Numbered from the stretch's first letter, positions 9,737 to 20,080 are shown. The stretch: 64,000 bases of DNA from Thermodesulfovibrionales bacterium (GCA_963715195.1 CAVQRT010000030.1:128001-192000); one strand, 5' to 3'. Notes: generated by a model not told the origin, from the letters alone. A program made the numbers and translations.

Positions 9737-10852
9737 ATGTCAGAGAATGTTTTACGAGATATCGCCGACAAAGTCGATAAAGGCATCCGGCTCTCGCGGG
9801 AAGATGCAATTGCCCTTATGGAATCTCGCGATCTTATTCAGATCGGTCAGCTTGCGAATAGAGTGAAAGAGAAAATATCAGGAAACTGCGCATATTTTAA
9901 TGTGAACCGCCATATCAATTTAACGAACGTCTGTATTTCACGATGTAAATTCTGTGCATTCAGCAGGGACAAGAAAGACCCTGACGCATATGCAATGTCC
10001 GTCGATGATGTGCTGCACATCGCACAGTCTGCCAGGAACATTGGCATAACTGAGTTCCATATCGTAAGCGGGCTCCATCCTGATCTGCCTTTTGATTACT
10101 ATCTGCAGGTTATTTCGGCGCTCAAACAGGCACTGCCCGATGTACACATCAAAGCTTTTACTGCAGTCGAGATCGACTATTTTTCCAAAATTTCACGCCT
10201 CACAATTCTAAAAGTCCTTACGGAACTCCAAAAAGCAGGTTTAGGTTCCCTTCCCGGCGGCGGCGCAGAGATCTTGCATCCCCGCGTGCGTGATCTTGTT
10301 TGTCCAAAGAAGGCCTCTGCCGGGGAATGGCTTGAGGTGATGAGAACCGCTCATCGTCTCGGACTCAAGTCCAATGCAACCATGTTATACGGGCATGTCG
10401 AAACAATGCAGGAGCGGATTGACCATCTCATTGCCTTGCGAAACCTTCAGGATGAAACAGGCGGATTCCAGGCATTCATCCCCCTTCCCTTTCATCCCCT
10501 GAATACACAGTTGGCTGATTTTCGAAAACCGACTGCTTTTGAAAATCTGAAGATGCTCGCGATATCCAGGCTTGTACTCGATAATTTCTCCCATATAAAA
10601 GCTTACTGGATTATGCTCGGGTTGAAGGTTGCTCAACTCTCACTGCTCTTTGGTGTTGATGACTTTGACGGGACAATTGTCGAGGAGAAGATAACCCACT
10701 CTGCCGGAGCAGAAACAGGGCAGTCCGTTTCCCGTGAGGAGTTACTGGAACTAATCCGGGCAACGGGTCGGATGCCTGTTGAGAGAGATACGCTCTATAA
10801 CATAATTAGACCCCGCGATCAGAATCGGAGAGCAGTCCACCTTGAGACCTAA
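9737..10852 (+). CDS. mqnE: Aminofutalosine synthase (radical SAM)
   Basis: HINLTNVCISRCKFCAF, HIKAFTAVEI, PGGGAEI, HIKAYW. Confidence 0.9.
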   Translation: MSENVLRDIADKVDKGIRLSREDAIALMESRDLIQIGQLANRVKEKISGNCAYFNVNRHINLTNVCISRCKFCAFSRDKKDPDAYAMSVDDVLHIAQSARNIGITEFHIVSGLHPDLPFDYYLQVISALKQALPDVHIKAFTAVEIDYFSKISRLTILKVLTELQKAGLGSLPGGGAEILHPRVRDLVCPKKASAGEWLEVMRTAHRLGLKSNATMLYGHVETMQERIDHLIALRNLQDETGGFQAFIPLPFHPLNTQLADFRKPTAFENLKMLAISRLVLDNFSHIKAYWIMLGLKVAQLSLLFGVDDFDGTIVEEKITHSAGAETGQSVSREELLELIRATGRMPVERDTLYNIIRPRDQNRRAVHLET

Positions 10853-11684
10853 GGTAGGGCACATCCAGTTCCTAAACTGTCTCCCGCTCTACTATGGGTT
10901 AGTAAAGAGTCATGCCCTTCTGGATATGGAACTCATCAAAGGCACACCGACAGAACTGAACACCATGCTCATCCAAAACAAGCTCGATGTTTCTCCGGTC
11001 TCATCGATTGAGTATGCCCGTCACGCTGATTCCCTCTTCCTCTTCCCTGATTTTACCGTCAGCTCCGACGGCCAGGTAAAGAGCATCCTGCTGCTCAGTC
11101 GCTACCCGGCAGAGGAGTTATCGGGAAGAAACATTGCCCTTACCAGCACATCTGCCACGTCACATGTTCTCCTGAAACTCATTCTCAATCTCGGCTATCA
11201 CATCCAGCCGCATTACATAATCAGGCAACCCGACCTGAAGAGCATGCTTTCTTCTGCAGATGCAGCTCTGCTTATCGGTGACATAGCTTTGAAGCATCAT
11301 GCTGATTCAAGAGAATATTATATATACGACCTGGGGGTTGAGTGGAAAAAACTCACCGGCAAAAGTATGGTCTATGCTGTCTGGGCCGTGAATCGCACCT
11401 TTGCCGGAACAAAAATGCAGTTATGCGAAGATGTATACGGGTCGTTCAGAAAATCCATGGATTATTCGATGCACAATCTCCAGGAAGTAGTAGAATATGC
11501 GGCAAAATGGGAGCCCTTTGATCCCGAATTTCTCACTGCATACTTCAGGTCTCTCCACTTTGGGTTTGAAGAGGAATATCAGGATGGACTCATGCATTTC
11601 TATAGCTTGGCGAAGAGTATCGGAGAGCTTGCAAAAGTTCCCTCGTTGGAATTCATCAGGCTCCGGTCAGGTATACCGCTATGA
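10842..11684 (+). CDS. mqnA: Chorismate dehydratase
   Basis: GHIQFLNCLPLY, SSIEY, SATS, LLIGD, DLG.EW, YAVW. Confidence 0.9.
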   Translation: MRPKVGHIQFLNCLPLYYGLVKSHALLDMELIKGTPTELNTMLIQNKLDVSPVSSIEYARHADSLFLFPDFTVSSDGQVKSILLLSRYPAEELSGRNIALTSTSATSHVLLKLILNLGYHIQPHYIIRQPDLKSMLSSADAALLIGDIALKHHADSREYYIYDLGVEWKKLTGKSMVYAVWAVNRTFAGTKMQLCEDVYGSFRKSMDYSMHNLQEVVEYAAKWEPFDPEFLTAYFRSLHFGFEEEYQDGLMHFYSLAKSIGELAKVPSLEFIRLRSGIPL

Positions 11685-12748
11685 GAGCGGGGGCAATCCT
11701 CCAAAACATCGTAACGGGAAAAAGATTGAGTCCGGAGGAGGCAGTCGTGCTGTTCGGGGAAGGTGACTTGCTCGGGCTCGCAAATGCGGCAGATGATGTC
11801 CGCCGGGGCAAGCATCCTGAAGGGATTGTCACCTTTTTAATCGACCGCAATATTAATTACACAAATATCTGTCAGAATCAATGTTCCTTCTGCGCCTTCT
11901 TCAGACGTAAGGGACATCCTGAAGCTTATGTGCTTAGCCAAGATGAGATCGAAAAAAAGGTTGCCGAAACCATTGATCTTTCAGGCACTCAGGTAATGCT
12001 GCAGGGAGGAATCAATCCCGACCTGAAACTGAATTTTTACAAGAATATGTTCAGTGAACTAAAAAAGAAATTCAGGATACGGGTTCACAGCCTCTCCCCG
12101 CCGGAAGTCGTGCATATCGCCGAATCAGAAGGCATGGCTATTGCAGATGTCCTAAGAGAATTGATGAAAGCAGGCCTGGACTCGCTCCCGGGAGGCGGCG
12201 CAGAGATACTTGTCGACAGCGTACGACGGAGAATAAGCCCACGGAAAATATCTTCGGCACAATGGCTGGGGGTTATGGAAGAAGCCCATAAGCAGGGCAT
12301 AAAGACAACCGCAACCATGATGTTCGGGACAGGTGAGACGGTTGAGGACAGAATCACACATCTCGCAAAGATCAGGGATTTGCAGGATAAGACGGGGGGG
12401 TTTATGTCCTTCATCCCATGGACATTCCAGCCAAGAAATACCGCTCTGGGCGGAAGGTCGGTTTCTTCAATAGAATATTTACGCATGTTGTCTATCAGCC
12501 GTTTATTCCTCGACAATTTCCCCAATGTTCAGGGTTCATGGGTCACGCAGGGGAGGGACATCGGGCAAATGTGTCTTTCTTTCGGAGCAAATGACCTTGG
12601 CAGCATCATGATAGAGGAGAATGTCGTGAGGGCGGCCGGCATCTCACACAGGATTACCGTAGACGAAATGGTAGATCTGATCCGGAAGGCAGGGAAAACA
12701 CCGGCCCAGAGGGATACGGAATTCAATCTCTTGAAGGTCTATGAATAG
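11681..12748 (+). CDS. mqnC: Cyclic dehypoxanthinyl futalosine synthase (radical SAM)
   Basis: DRNINYTNICQNQCSFCAF, LQGG, IPWTFQ, SWVTQG, EENVV. Confidence 0.92.
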   Translation: MRAGAILQNIVTGKRLSPEEAVVLFGEGDLLGLANAADDVRRGKHPEGIVTFLIDRNINYTNICQNQCSFCAFFRRKGHPEAYVLSQDEIEKKVAETIDLSGTQVMLQGGINPDLKLNFYKNMFSELKKKFRIRVHSLSPPEVVHIAESEGMAIADVLRELMKAGLDSLPGGGAEILVDSVRRRISPRKISSAQWLGVMEEAHKQGIKTTATMMFGTGETVEDRITHLAKIRDLQDKTGGFMSFIPWTFQPRNTALGGRSVSSIEYLRMLSISRLFLDNFPNVQGSWVTQGRDIGQMCLSFGANDLGSIMIEENVVRAAGISHRITVDEMVDLIRKAGKTPAQRDTEFNLLKVYE

Positions 12749-13484
12749 AAAATTGAGCACGATTGACCACAAGAAGCGGGATGCCGAAAGAGTTGCACAG
12801 ATGTTTTCAGGCATCGGCCCCCGCTATGACCTCCTGAACCATGTCCTTAGTCTGGGGCTTGATATCAGATGGCGCAAGAAAGTAGCACAGGAGACCGGGC
12901 AAATTCGCTGCGAGAACATTCTTGATGTCTGCACGGGCACCGGAGATACAGCCTTTGAACTCTGCCGGTTCTGGAAGGGAAAGGTTCGCGTTGAGGGCTT
13001 AGACTTTTCATGCGATCTTCTCGAGAGAGCCCGACAAAAAAGCAGGGAATCGAATCTTGAACATGCAGTAACTTTTCAGGAGGGTAATGCTGAAATGCTC
13101 CCCTATGCAGATGAACGGTTCGATGCCATTACCATTACGTTTGGGTTGAGAAATATCACCAACAGATTGAAAGCCTTAAGGGAGTTTTACCGGGTTGCAA
13201 AACCGGGAGCCTGTTTTGTCTGCCTTGAGTTCAGCCAGCCGGAAAATCCTTTCTTTTCTGCTGTCTACTCCCTGTATCTCATAAAGGTCGTACCTCTTGT
13301 TTCCCGCCTGTTTGGGTCGGATCCCGCTGCATACCGGTATTTGGGAAACACCATAAAGGATTTCCCGAATCCCTCGGACCTTGCCGATCTGATCACCTCT
13401 GCCGGATGGAACACTGTTTCTTATAAAATACTGGCAGGAGGAATAGTGGCTGTTCACAAGGGGATCAAACCTGAGGATGGGTAA
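12741..13484 (+). CDS. menG: Demethylmenaquinone methyltransferase
   Basis: YDLLNHVLSLG, LDVCTGTGD, FGLRN, LEFS. Confidence 0.9.
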   Translation: MNRKLSTIDHKKRDAERVAQMFSGIGPRYDLLNHVLSLGLDIRWRKKVAQETGQIRCENILDVCTGTGDTAFELCRFWKGKVRVEGLDFSCDLLERARQKSRESNLEHAVTFQEGNAEMLPYADERFDAITITFGLRNITNRLKALREFYRVAKPGACFVCLEFSQPENPFFSAVYSLYLIKVVPLVSRLFGSDPAAYRYLGNTIKDFPNPSDLADLITSAGWNTVSYKILAGGIVAVHKGIKPEDG

Positions 13485-14466
13485 CTCCCGCATGCCTCTC
13501 CTGACACTAAGAGATCTTACCGTATCATTCAGTTCAGGCAAAGATGCCATAAAAGTCGTTTCAGGCCTCAACCTTGAAATTGAAGAAGCCCGGGTATTTG
13601 GGCTTGTCGGCGAAAGCGGTTGCGGAAAAAGCCTGACAGCCCTTTCTATCATGGGAATCCTTCCTTATCACGCCCTTGCAGAAGGGGAAATACTCTTTAA
13701 AGGAAAGAATCTGCTCAGTCTCGATAAGGAATCCATGAGGAGACTGAGGGGGAAGGAACTGTCTATGATATTTCAGGAACCGATGACCTCGCTCAATCCT
13801 GTACTCACCATCGGCTATCAGGTTGCAGAGGTCCTGATGACTCATTTCGGCATGAAAAAACATGAAGCAATGGGAAAGACTGTGGAGCTTTTGCGATCAG
13901 TTAAAATCCCCTCTCCCGAGATCAGGGTACATGAATATCCCCACCAGATGTCCGGTGGGATGAGACAAAGGGTCATGATCGCCATGGCAATCGCATGCAA
14001 TCCTTCCCTCCTGATTGCGGACGAACCGACAACGGCCCTTGATGTCACGATCCAGGCGCAGATACTCGATCTGCTCAGAAGCCTCAGGCAACAGAGGAAC
14101 ATGGCCATCCTCCTGATAACCCATGATATCGGGGTTATAGCAGAAAATGCTGATGTAGCCGCCGTTATGTACGCAGGAAGGATTGTCGAATTCTCAAGGG
14201 TTATGAATATCCTCACTGCCCCGAAGCATCCCTACACCATGGGACTCCTGGATTCCCTTCCGAAACAAAAAGGGATTCCGTTGAAACCCATACCCGGCTC
14301 TGTACCAAGCCCGGACAAGCTCCCTTCGGGTTGCAAGTTTTCAGACAGATGCCGGTATGTAAACCCTGAATGCAGGCGGGAAGAACCCGCTCTCAGGGAA
14401 ATCACTCATGGCCAGCATGCGCGTTGTATCCGTTCAGAGGAGATCGAATGGGTATCATCGATGTAG
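13477..14466 (+). CDS. dppD: Oligo/dipeptide ABC transporter ATP-binding protein (DppD/OppD)
   Basis: GESGCGKS, FQEPMTSLNP, SGGMRQR, HPYT, C-terminal Cys cluster. Confidence 0.88.
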   Translation: MGNSRMPLLTLRDLTVSFSSGKDAIKVVSGLNLEIEEARVFGLVGESGCGKSLTALSIMGILPYHALAEGEILFKGKNLLSLDKESMRRLRGKELSMIFQEPMTSLNPVLTIGYQVAEVLMTHFGMKKHEAMGKTVELLRSVKIPSPEIRVHEYPHQMSGGMRQRVMIAMAIACNPSLLIADEPTTALDVTIQAQILDLLRSLRQQRNMAILLITHDIGVIAENADVAAVMYAGRIVEFSRVMNILTAPKHPYTMGLLDSLPKQKGIPLKPIPGSVPSPDKLPSGCKFSDRCRYVNPECRREEPALREITHGQHARCIRSEEIEWVSSM

Positions 14467-15401
14467 TCTCGCTCGGGAAATACTTTCCCGTAAAAAGAAA
14501 GGCTTTCGCAAAGCAGGAATGGCTCAAGGCTGTTGATGGAGTGACCTTCTCCATAAAAGACGGCGCGGTCTTTGCCCTTGTCGGGGAGAGCGGCTCCGGG
14601 AAATCAACTGTTGCGCGGCTTGTTCTCCGGTTAATCAAGCCTACATCAGGGAAGATCCTGTTCCGTGGCGTGGACATTCAGACCTTCGGGGGGACCTCCC
14701 TGCGTGAATTCAGAAAATCTGTCCAGATAATATTTCAGGACCCTTTTGCTTCACTGAATCCGAGGATGACTGTCTTTGACACTGTATCAGAGCCTCTGAA
14801 GATACACAAACTCTGCAAAAAGGCTGAACTGAAAGACAAGGTTGTGGAACTGCTCAACAGTGTGGGGCTTCAGCATGAAGTCCTGTACCACTATCCCCAC
14901 GAATTCAGCGGGGGACAGCGGCAGAGGATATGCATTGCAAGGGCACTCGCCGTTTCCCCTCAGGTACTGGTGGCTGATGAACCGCTTTCAGCACTTGACG
15001 TATCCATTCAGGCACAGATCCTGAATATCCTGCAGGACCTCCAGAGACAATCGGGTATCTCCTTCCTTTTTATAAGCCATGACCTGAGAGTTGTTCAGTA
15101 TTTCAGTGATGAGGTGGCGGTTATGTATCTCGGCAAGATTGTCGAACATGCAACCACAGAGGAGCTTTTCAACAACCCCCAACATCCGTATACGGGAGAA
15201 CTGCTTACGTCTGCCCCGAAGTTAAAGCCCGAAGCCAAAAAGAGAGAAATTCTCAAAGGCGACGTTCCCAGTCCGATCGACATCCCCCCGGGCTGTCCTT
15301 TCCATCCAAGATGTCCGAAACGGTTTGACCCGTGCAACAAGTTAGTGCCTGAATTAAAAGAAATCAACGGCAGATTCGTCTCATGCCATCTATTTTCATG
15401 A
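14448..15401 (+). CDS. dppF: Oligo/dipeptide ABC transporter ATP-binding protein (DppF/OppF)
   Basis: GESGSGKS, FQDPFASLNP, SGGQRQR, GCPFHPRC; GAGGAG RBS before ATG 14448. Confidence 0.88.
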   Translation: MGIIDVVSLGKYFPVKRKAFAKQEWLKAVDGVTFSIKDGAVFALVGESGSGKSTVARLVLRLIKPTSGKILFRGVDIQTFGGTSLREFRKSVQIIFQDPFASLNPRMTVFDTVSEPLKIHKLCKKAELKDKVVELLNSVGLQHEVLYHYPHEFSGGQRQRICIARALAVSPQVLVADEPLSALDVSIQAQILNILQDLQRQSGISFLFISHDLRVVQYFSDEVAVMYLGKIVEHATTEELFNNPQHPYTGELLTSAPKLKPEAKKREILKGDVPSPIDIPPGCPFHPRCPKRFDPCNKLVPELKEINGRFVSCHLFS

Positions 15402-15455
15402 GTTTCCGCTCATTGCACTTGACTTCCCTTTATGCTTGAGGTATTTTCAACGGAC

Positions 15456-16010
15456 ATGAAAAACCGGCTCATGGAACTCATTATTGAAAAGGCCTTTAGA
15501 TACAGTGAAGAGCCTGTTTTCAGGCTGGTATCGGGGAAAATGAGCAATTATTATTTCAACTGTAAAGCCGTGACGCTTTGCCCAGAAGGGATGTATCTCA
15601 CAGGGAATCTCATTTTCGATCTCATCAAAGACCTTCGTGTAAAAGGCATCGGCGGCCTTACGCTCGGGGCTGACCCGATAGCATACGCAGCAGCATATAC
15701 TTCATATCTCAGGGGCATGCCTGTTGAGGCATTTATAGTCAGAAAAACAGCCAAAGCCCATGGGACCATGCAGTGGATCGAGGGCAACATCGCAAAAGAT
15801 GATACGGTCGTCATCGTTGATGACGTTATTACGACGGGGAAATCTACCATCGAGGCAATCACACGATCTCAGCAAGCAGGACTCGAAATAGTCAAAGTCA
15901 TCGCCCTTATCGACAGGCAGGAAGGAGGCAAAGAGGCCATAGCGGCAATCGGCTATCAACTAACTTCCATCATCACGCGGGAAGAAGTGATGGAATTGTA
16001 CAGGCGTTGA
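15456..16010 (+). CDS. pyrE: Orotate phosphoribosyltransferase
   Basis: FRLVSGKMS.YY, GGLTLGADP, PRPP motif VVIVDDVITTGKS. Confidence 0.93.
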   Translation: MKNRLMELIIEKAFRYSEEPVFRLVSGKMSNYYFNCKAVTLCPEGMYLTGNLIFDLIKDLRVKGIGGLTLGADPIAYAAAYTSYLRGMPVEAFIVRKTAKAHGTMQWIEGNIAKDDTVVIVDDVITTGKSTIEAITRSQQAGLEIVKVIALIDRQEGGKEAIAAIGYQLTSIITREEVMELYRR

Positions 16011-16122
16011 ATAGATTTCTCCCCTTATTGAAAAGAAGTCAGGGATTCCAGGATTCAAGAAAAAATTAGGGAGGAATAATTCCCTGCTATCAAGAGGGGA
16101 CAGCGGAGTGTGTTCCCCTCTT

Positions 16123-16974
16123 TCATTCCTTCTCAGCCCCCCATAATCTGGGATCGAGCGCATCCCTGAGGCCTTCCCCAACAAGGTTGTAGCTTAAAAC
16201 CGTTATCAGAATAGCCAGTCCGGGATACACGGACAACCACCACGCTATCTCTATATTGTCCTTCCCCGCAGTCAGGATATTGCCCCAGCTGGGATCAGGC
16301 GGCTGGACTCCGAGTCCGAGGAATGAGAGGCCCGACTCTGTCAGAATTGCGCCTGCTACGCCAAAAGTTGCAGCAACAAAGACAGGTGAGAGGGCATTCG
16401 GAAGAATATGCCTGATTATCAAACGTTTATTCTGGATTCCAAGAGCCCTCGCAGCATCAACAAAATCCCGCTCCTTGAGCGTCAGGAACTCCGCCCTTAC
16501 GAGGCGCGCCACATCCATCCACCCTGTCACGCCGATAACAGCCATTATCGTAAAGATGTTCGGCTCAAGGATCGCAATAACTGCAAGGATGAGAAAAAAT
16601 GTCGGAAATGCAAGCATCATATCGACAAACCTCATCAGTATAGCATCCACCCGGCCTCCGTAAAACCCTGCAATCGAACCAACAAGAATGCCGATTGTGA
16701 TTGCAATGCCGACAGCAACAAACCCGACCTTCAGAGAAACCCGGCTCCCCCAGATAATTCTTGACAGGAGATCCCTGCCCAGTTCGTCCGTGCCCAGCAA
16801 ATGCGCTTTGCTCGGAGGAGACAGGACATTATACACGTCGATCGATGTCGGATCATATGGCGCAATAACCGGTGCAAGCAGGGAAATAGCAATAAGTGCA
16901 AGTACAATAAGCGCACCGGCAACGGACAGCTTGTTCCTTGAAAATCGTTTCCCAATGACCCGCAAAAGTCTCAT
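16123..16974 (-). CDS. dppC: Peptide ABC transporter permease (DppC/OppC)
   Basis: LGTDELGRD, HILPN, ESGLSFLGLG, GEGLRDALDP. Confidence 0.9.
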   Translation of the reverse strand: MRLLRVIGKRFSRNKLSVAGALIVLALIAISLLAPVIAPYDPTSIDVYNVLSPPSKAHLLGTDELGRDLLSRIIWGSRVSLKVGFVAVGIAITIGILVGSIAGFYGGRVDAILMRFVDMMLAFPTFFLILAVIAILEPNIFTIMAVIGVTGWMDVARLVRAEFLTLKERDFVDAARALGIQNKRLIIRHILPNALSPVFVAATFGVAGAILTESGLSFLGLGVQPPDPSWGNILTAGKDNIEIAWWLSVYPGLAILITVLSYNLVGEGLRDALDPRLWGAEKE

Positions 16975-17029
16975 GAGATCGTTCCCTGTCTCCTGTCTAT
17001 TAGCAGCCGCATTCTGCTTGTTGTATGTT

Positions 17030-17068
17030 TATTGTTTACTGTCTACTATCTACTGCTTACTGTCTACT
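17030..17068. repeat. Heptamer tandem array (TACTGTC-like x5)
   Basis: TATTGTT TACTGTC TACTATC TACTGCT TACTGTC TACT. Confidence 0.8.
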
Positions 17069-18038
17069 TCTTGGTTCTTACTCTGGGATCGACCATTGCA
17101 TACGAGATATCAGCAATTAGATTACCGAAGAGCGTCAGGATCGCTCCTATGACGAGAATCCCCATAATGGTCGGATAATCACGTGCCATGGTTGATGAAT
17201 AGAAAAGCTGCCCCATGCCGGGGATGGCAAAAATTGTTTCGAATATCACCCCGCCACCAATAAGCCCGGGGACCGAGAGCCCGAGAATCGTAACAATCGG
17301 CATTAATGCATTCCTGAACGCATGCTTAAAAATTACTTTTGATTCTTTTAACCCTTTTGCCCTAGCAGTCTTTATATAGTCCTGCCGTATCACCTCGAGC
17401 ATGCTCGAACGGCTGTAACGGCTTATTCCAGCGATACCCGCGAATGCAGATATCCCGACAGGGAGAATGAGGTGCCTGACCCAATCCAGCAACCGCTCAG
17501 CGGGACCCATGTCCGATACATCAATGCTCTGGATGCCTGATATGGGAAGAATGCCCATGTTCACTCCGAAGAGGATCATGAGCAGCAGTGCAAGCCAGAA
17601 CGTGGGGGTCGAAAACCCGATGAACACAAAGACTGTCGATAGCTTGTCAAATAGCGAGTACTGTTTTGTCGCGGAAAGAATACCTATCGGTACCGCGATG
17701 ACCAATATAATGAACATCGAGAGGATATTGATGCTTAGGGTTATCGGAATCCGCTCGGCGATCTTGTCTGTTACCGTTCTCCCGTCGACGAAAGAAGTTC
17801 CGAAATCAAGTTTTGCAAACCGTACAAGCCAGTCGAAATATTGCAGATGGAGGGGCTTGTCCAGACCGTAGAGCTTTTTCAGATTCTCCTTTGCCTGTGC
17901 CGTTACCTTCAGGGACATTTCTGTCTGAACCTCGACAGGATCGCCGGGTGCCAGGTGTATAACTGAGAAGGTTATGAGGGTGATTCCGAAAATGAGGGGG
18001 ATCATAAGCAGCAGTCTTTTTGTCAGGTACGAAACCAT
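17064..18038 (-). CDS. dppB: Peptide ABC transporter permease (DppB/OppB)
   Basis: [33 protein letters not shown]. Confidence 0.9.
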   Translation of the reverse strand: MVSYLTKRLLLMIPLIFGITLITFSVIHLAPGDPVEVQTEMSLKVTAQAKENLKKLYGLDKPLHLQYFDWLVRFAKLDFGTSFVDGRTVTDKIAERIPITLSINILSMFIILVIAVPIGILSATKQYSLFDKLSTVFVFIGFSTPTFWLALLLMILFGVNMGILPISGIQSIDVSDMGPAERLLDWVRHLILPVGISAFAGIAGISRYSRSSMLEVIRQDYIKTARAKGLKESKVIFKHAFRNALMPIVTILGLSVPGLIGGGVIFETIFAIPGMGQLFYSSTMARDYPTIMGILVIGAILTLFGNLIADISYAMVDPRVRTKK

Positions 18039-18090
18039 GATGTAATGTATTATAAGGATTAGAGACAAAGGTATCAAAAACGTCGCATCA

Positions 18091-18150
18091 TGATAGAACA
18101 GATGTCAGGTATATATCCATCAATAACTCTTGAATGCAGAATGTGTGTTT
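18091..18150. repeat. Dispersed 60-bp intergenic repeat, copy 1
   Basis: 47/60 ungapped identity to 58348-58407 by manual alignment. Confidence 0.8.
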
Positions 18151-18286
18151 ATGGGGTTATTTGATAGGTAAAATGGTAACGCGCATGATATGTGAGTCAT
18201 AATACCGCCTGCAAAGGTGCTACTCAAGAGCTTTTTCTGGACATATGCCTGACATGAATTGCGTCTTTCGGGTTAAGGAGCATGCA

Positions 18287-19480
18287 TTGCACGCTACGCA
18301 GCGAAGCCACACAAACAAAATTCTTGTCACGTGTGCAAAGGGGATAACCCCTTTTCTGAGGGAAGAGCTCCTTCATTTAAGGTTCCCTATCCTGTCAGAA
18401 ACAGCTGCAGGTATAGCGACAGAGGGTACGATTGATGATACCTACCGACTAAATCTGCTTCTCCGAACGGCACACCGTGTTCTCTTTCTCCTCAGAGAAT
18501 TTTCTGCAGATGATCCCGTTGATCTCTATCGTGCTGTATCCGAAATAGCATGGGAGGAGTACATATCCCCGGATGAATATATCTGCGTTACATCCAGTGT
18601 GGATAACCCGGGTATCAGAGATTCCCGCTTTGCAAATGTAAAGTGCAAGGATGCAATTGTCGACAGAATCAGGGGGGAAACCGGGCAGCGTCCTGATTCG
18701 GGCCCCCATCGTGACAGGGTCGTCATAAACCTCTACTGGAAAGGAAATGCCTGTTCCCTGTACTTTGATACCACAGGGGAGTCTCTCTCCAGGCGGGGAT
18801 ACCGAAAGATTCCGGAGAAAGCTCCTATGCAGGAGACCCTTGCAGCCGCTGTCATCATGGCATCAGGATGGGACGGCGGCTGTCATTTCATCAATCCCAT
18901 GTGCGGCAGCGGCACCCTTGCCATTGAGGCTGCGCTCTCGGGGTTGAAGCGGGCGCACGGGATTTTGAGGAGCAATTTCGGGTTCATGCACATTAGGGGA
19001 TTTAACAGACCGCTGTGGGAGGAGCTGTGTTCACAGGCAAAAAGAGCGGTCAAAAAAACCCTGAACTACAGGATCGTAGCAACCGATATGAGAAGAGAAG
19101 CTGTCGAGGCTGCCAGGGAAAATGCTGCTGCAGCGGGAGTGGGACATCTGATTGAATTTGCTGTATGCGATTATGCAGAAACCATGGTACCTGATGGAAG
19201 CGGGATAGTAATCCTCAACCCTGAATATGGAGAACGCATGGGCAGGATCAAAGAACTTGAAAGCGTCTATAGCGGAATCGGTGACTTTTTGAAGCAGAAG
19301 TGCATGGGATATACAGGGTATATCTTCACCGGAAATCCAGAACTTGCAAAGAAGGTGGGATTAAGGGCAAAACGGAGAATCCAGTTTTTCAACGGTCCGA
19401 TAGAATGCCGGCTTCTTGAGTATGAGTTATACGAAGGCAGCAGGAAGCAGAGAAATTCAGAAAGTGGAAACAAAATTTAA
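18287..19480 (+). CDS. THUMP-domain RNA methyltransferase (RlmL/YpsC-like)
   Basis: LSRRGYR, APMQETLAAA, PMCGSGTLAIEAA, NPEYGER; TTG start after AAGGAG chosen (ORF track start 18245). Confidence 0.85.
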   Translation: MHATQRSHTNKILVTCAKGITPFLREELLHLRFPILSETAAGIATEGTIDDTYRLNLLLRTAHRVLFLLREFSADDPVDLYRAVSEIAWEEYISPDEYICVTSSVDNPGIRDSRFANVKCKDAIVDRIRGETGQRPDSGPHRDRVVINLYWKGNACSLYFDTTGESLSRRGYRKIPEKAPMQETLAAAVIMASGWDGGCHFINPMCGSGTLAIEAALSGLKRAHGILRSNFGFMHIRGFNRPLWEELCSQAKRAVKKTLNYRIVATDMRREAVEAARENAAAAGVGHLIEFAVCDYAETMVPDGSGIVILNPEYGERMGRIKELESVYSGIGDFLKQKCMGYTGYIFTGNPELAKKVGLRAKRRIQFFNGPIECRLLEYELYEGSRKQRNSESGNKI

Positions 19481-19687
19481 AATCATGTTGACATAAATAT
19501 AGAACGGAAAGCCCATCTTGATTTTCGAAGGACTTTTTTTATGTAATTATGTTTCACCTGCTTCCTCCTCAAATCATTCTCGACTACCCAGCAAGATACG
19601 GAGAGCACCCGCTCATAGAGAGTCACATTATGAATTAATATCATTTCAAACAAACTCCTGGAATTGCTTTCGGAAATTGTTGACTGC

Positions 19688-19719
19688 TTCATCTTATGTT
19701 GAGCTCAACATAAGATGAA
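19688..19719. repeat. Perfect 32-bp palindrome
   Basis: TTCATCTTATGTTGAG|CTCAACATAAGATGAA equals its own reverse complement. Confidence 0.95.
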
Positions 19720-20080
19720 TTATGCGTAGTTGCCCGTTATGTGAAGTAATCGTTGCAGGCATATGAATCACAACAATTCCTGATAAATCTACTCCACATA
19801 ACGGTTGTACTTACAACGATTCAAGCTACACATAATTCATCAAGTCCGCAAGTTAGATATTTGCCGTTTGATGTGGAGTACGATTGTATATGTTGAATTT
19901 ATAAGAGCTTGAAGATGGAGGATTAGTGATAAAAGATAGTATATCTATGAACTGTGCTAGCTTTATTTGTTCTCCAAATTTCAATAAATAAGCTCCCCCC
20001 GTTTCTTCTCATGTTTTTCCGCTATTTTGTCTTCCATGCGATTACCCTCCATCGACAGTGCAGGTAAGGAATAAGAACAG

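Noticed and set aside
16015..16122. REP-like or octamer repeats between pyrE and dppC
   Set aside because: Too short and degenerate (two GGATTC units, weak CCCCT/AGGGG pairing) to support a call
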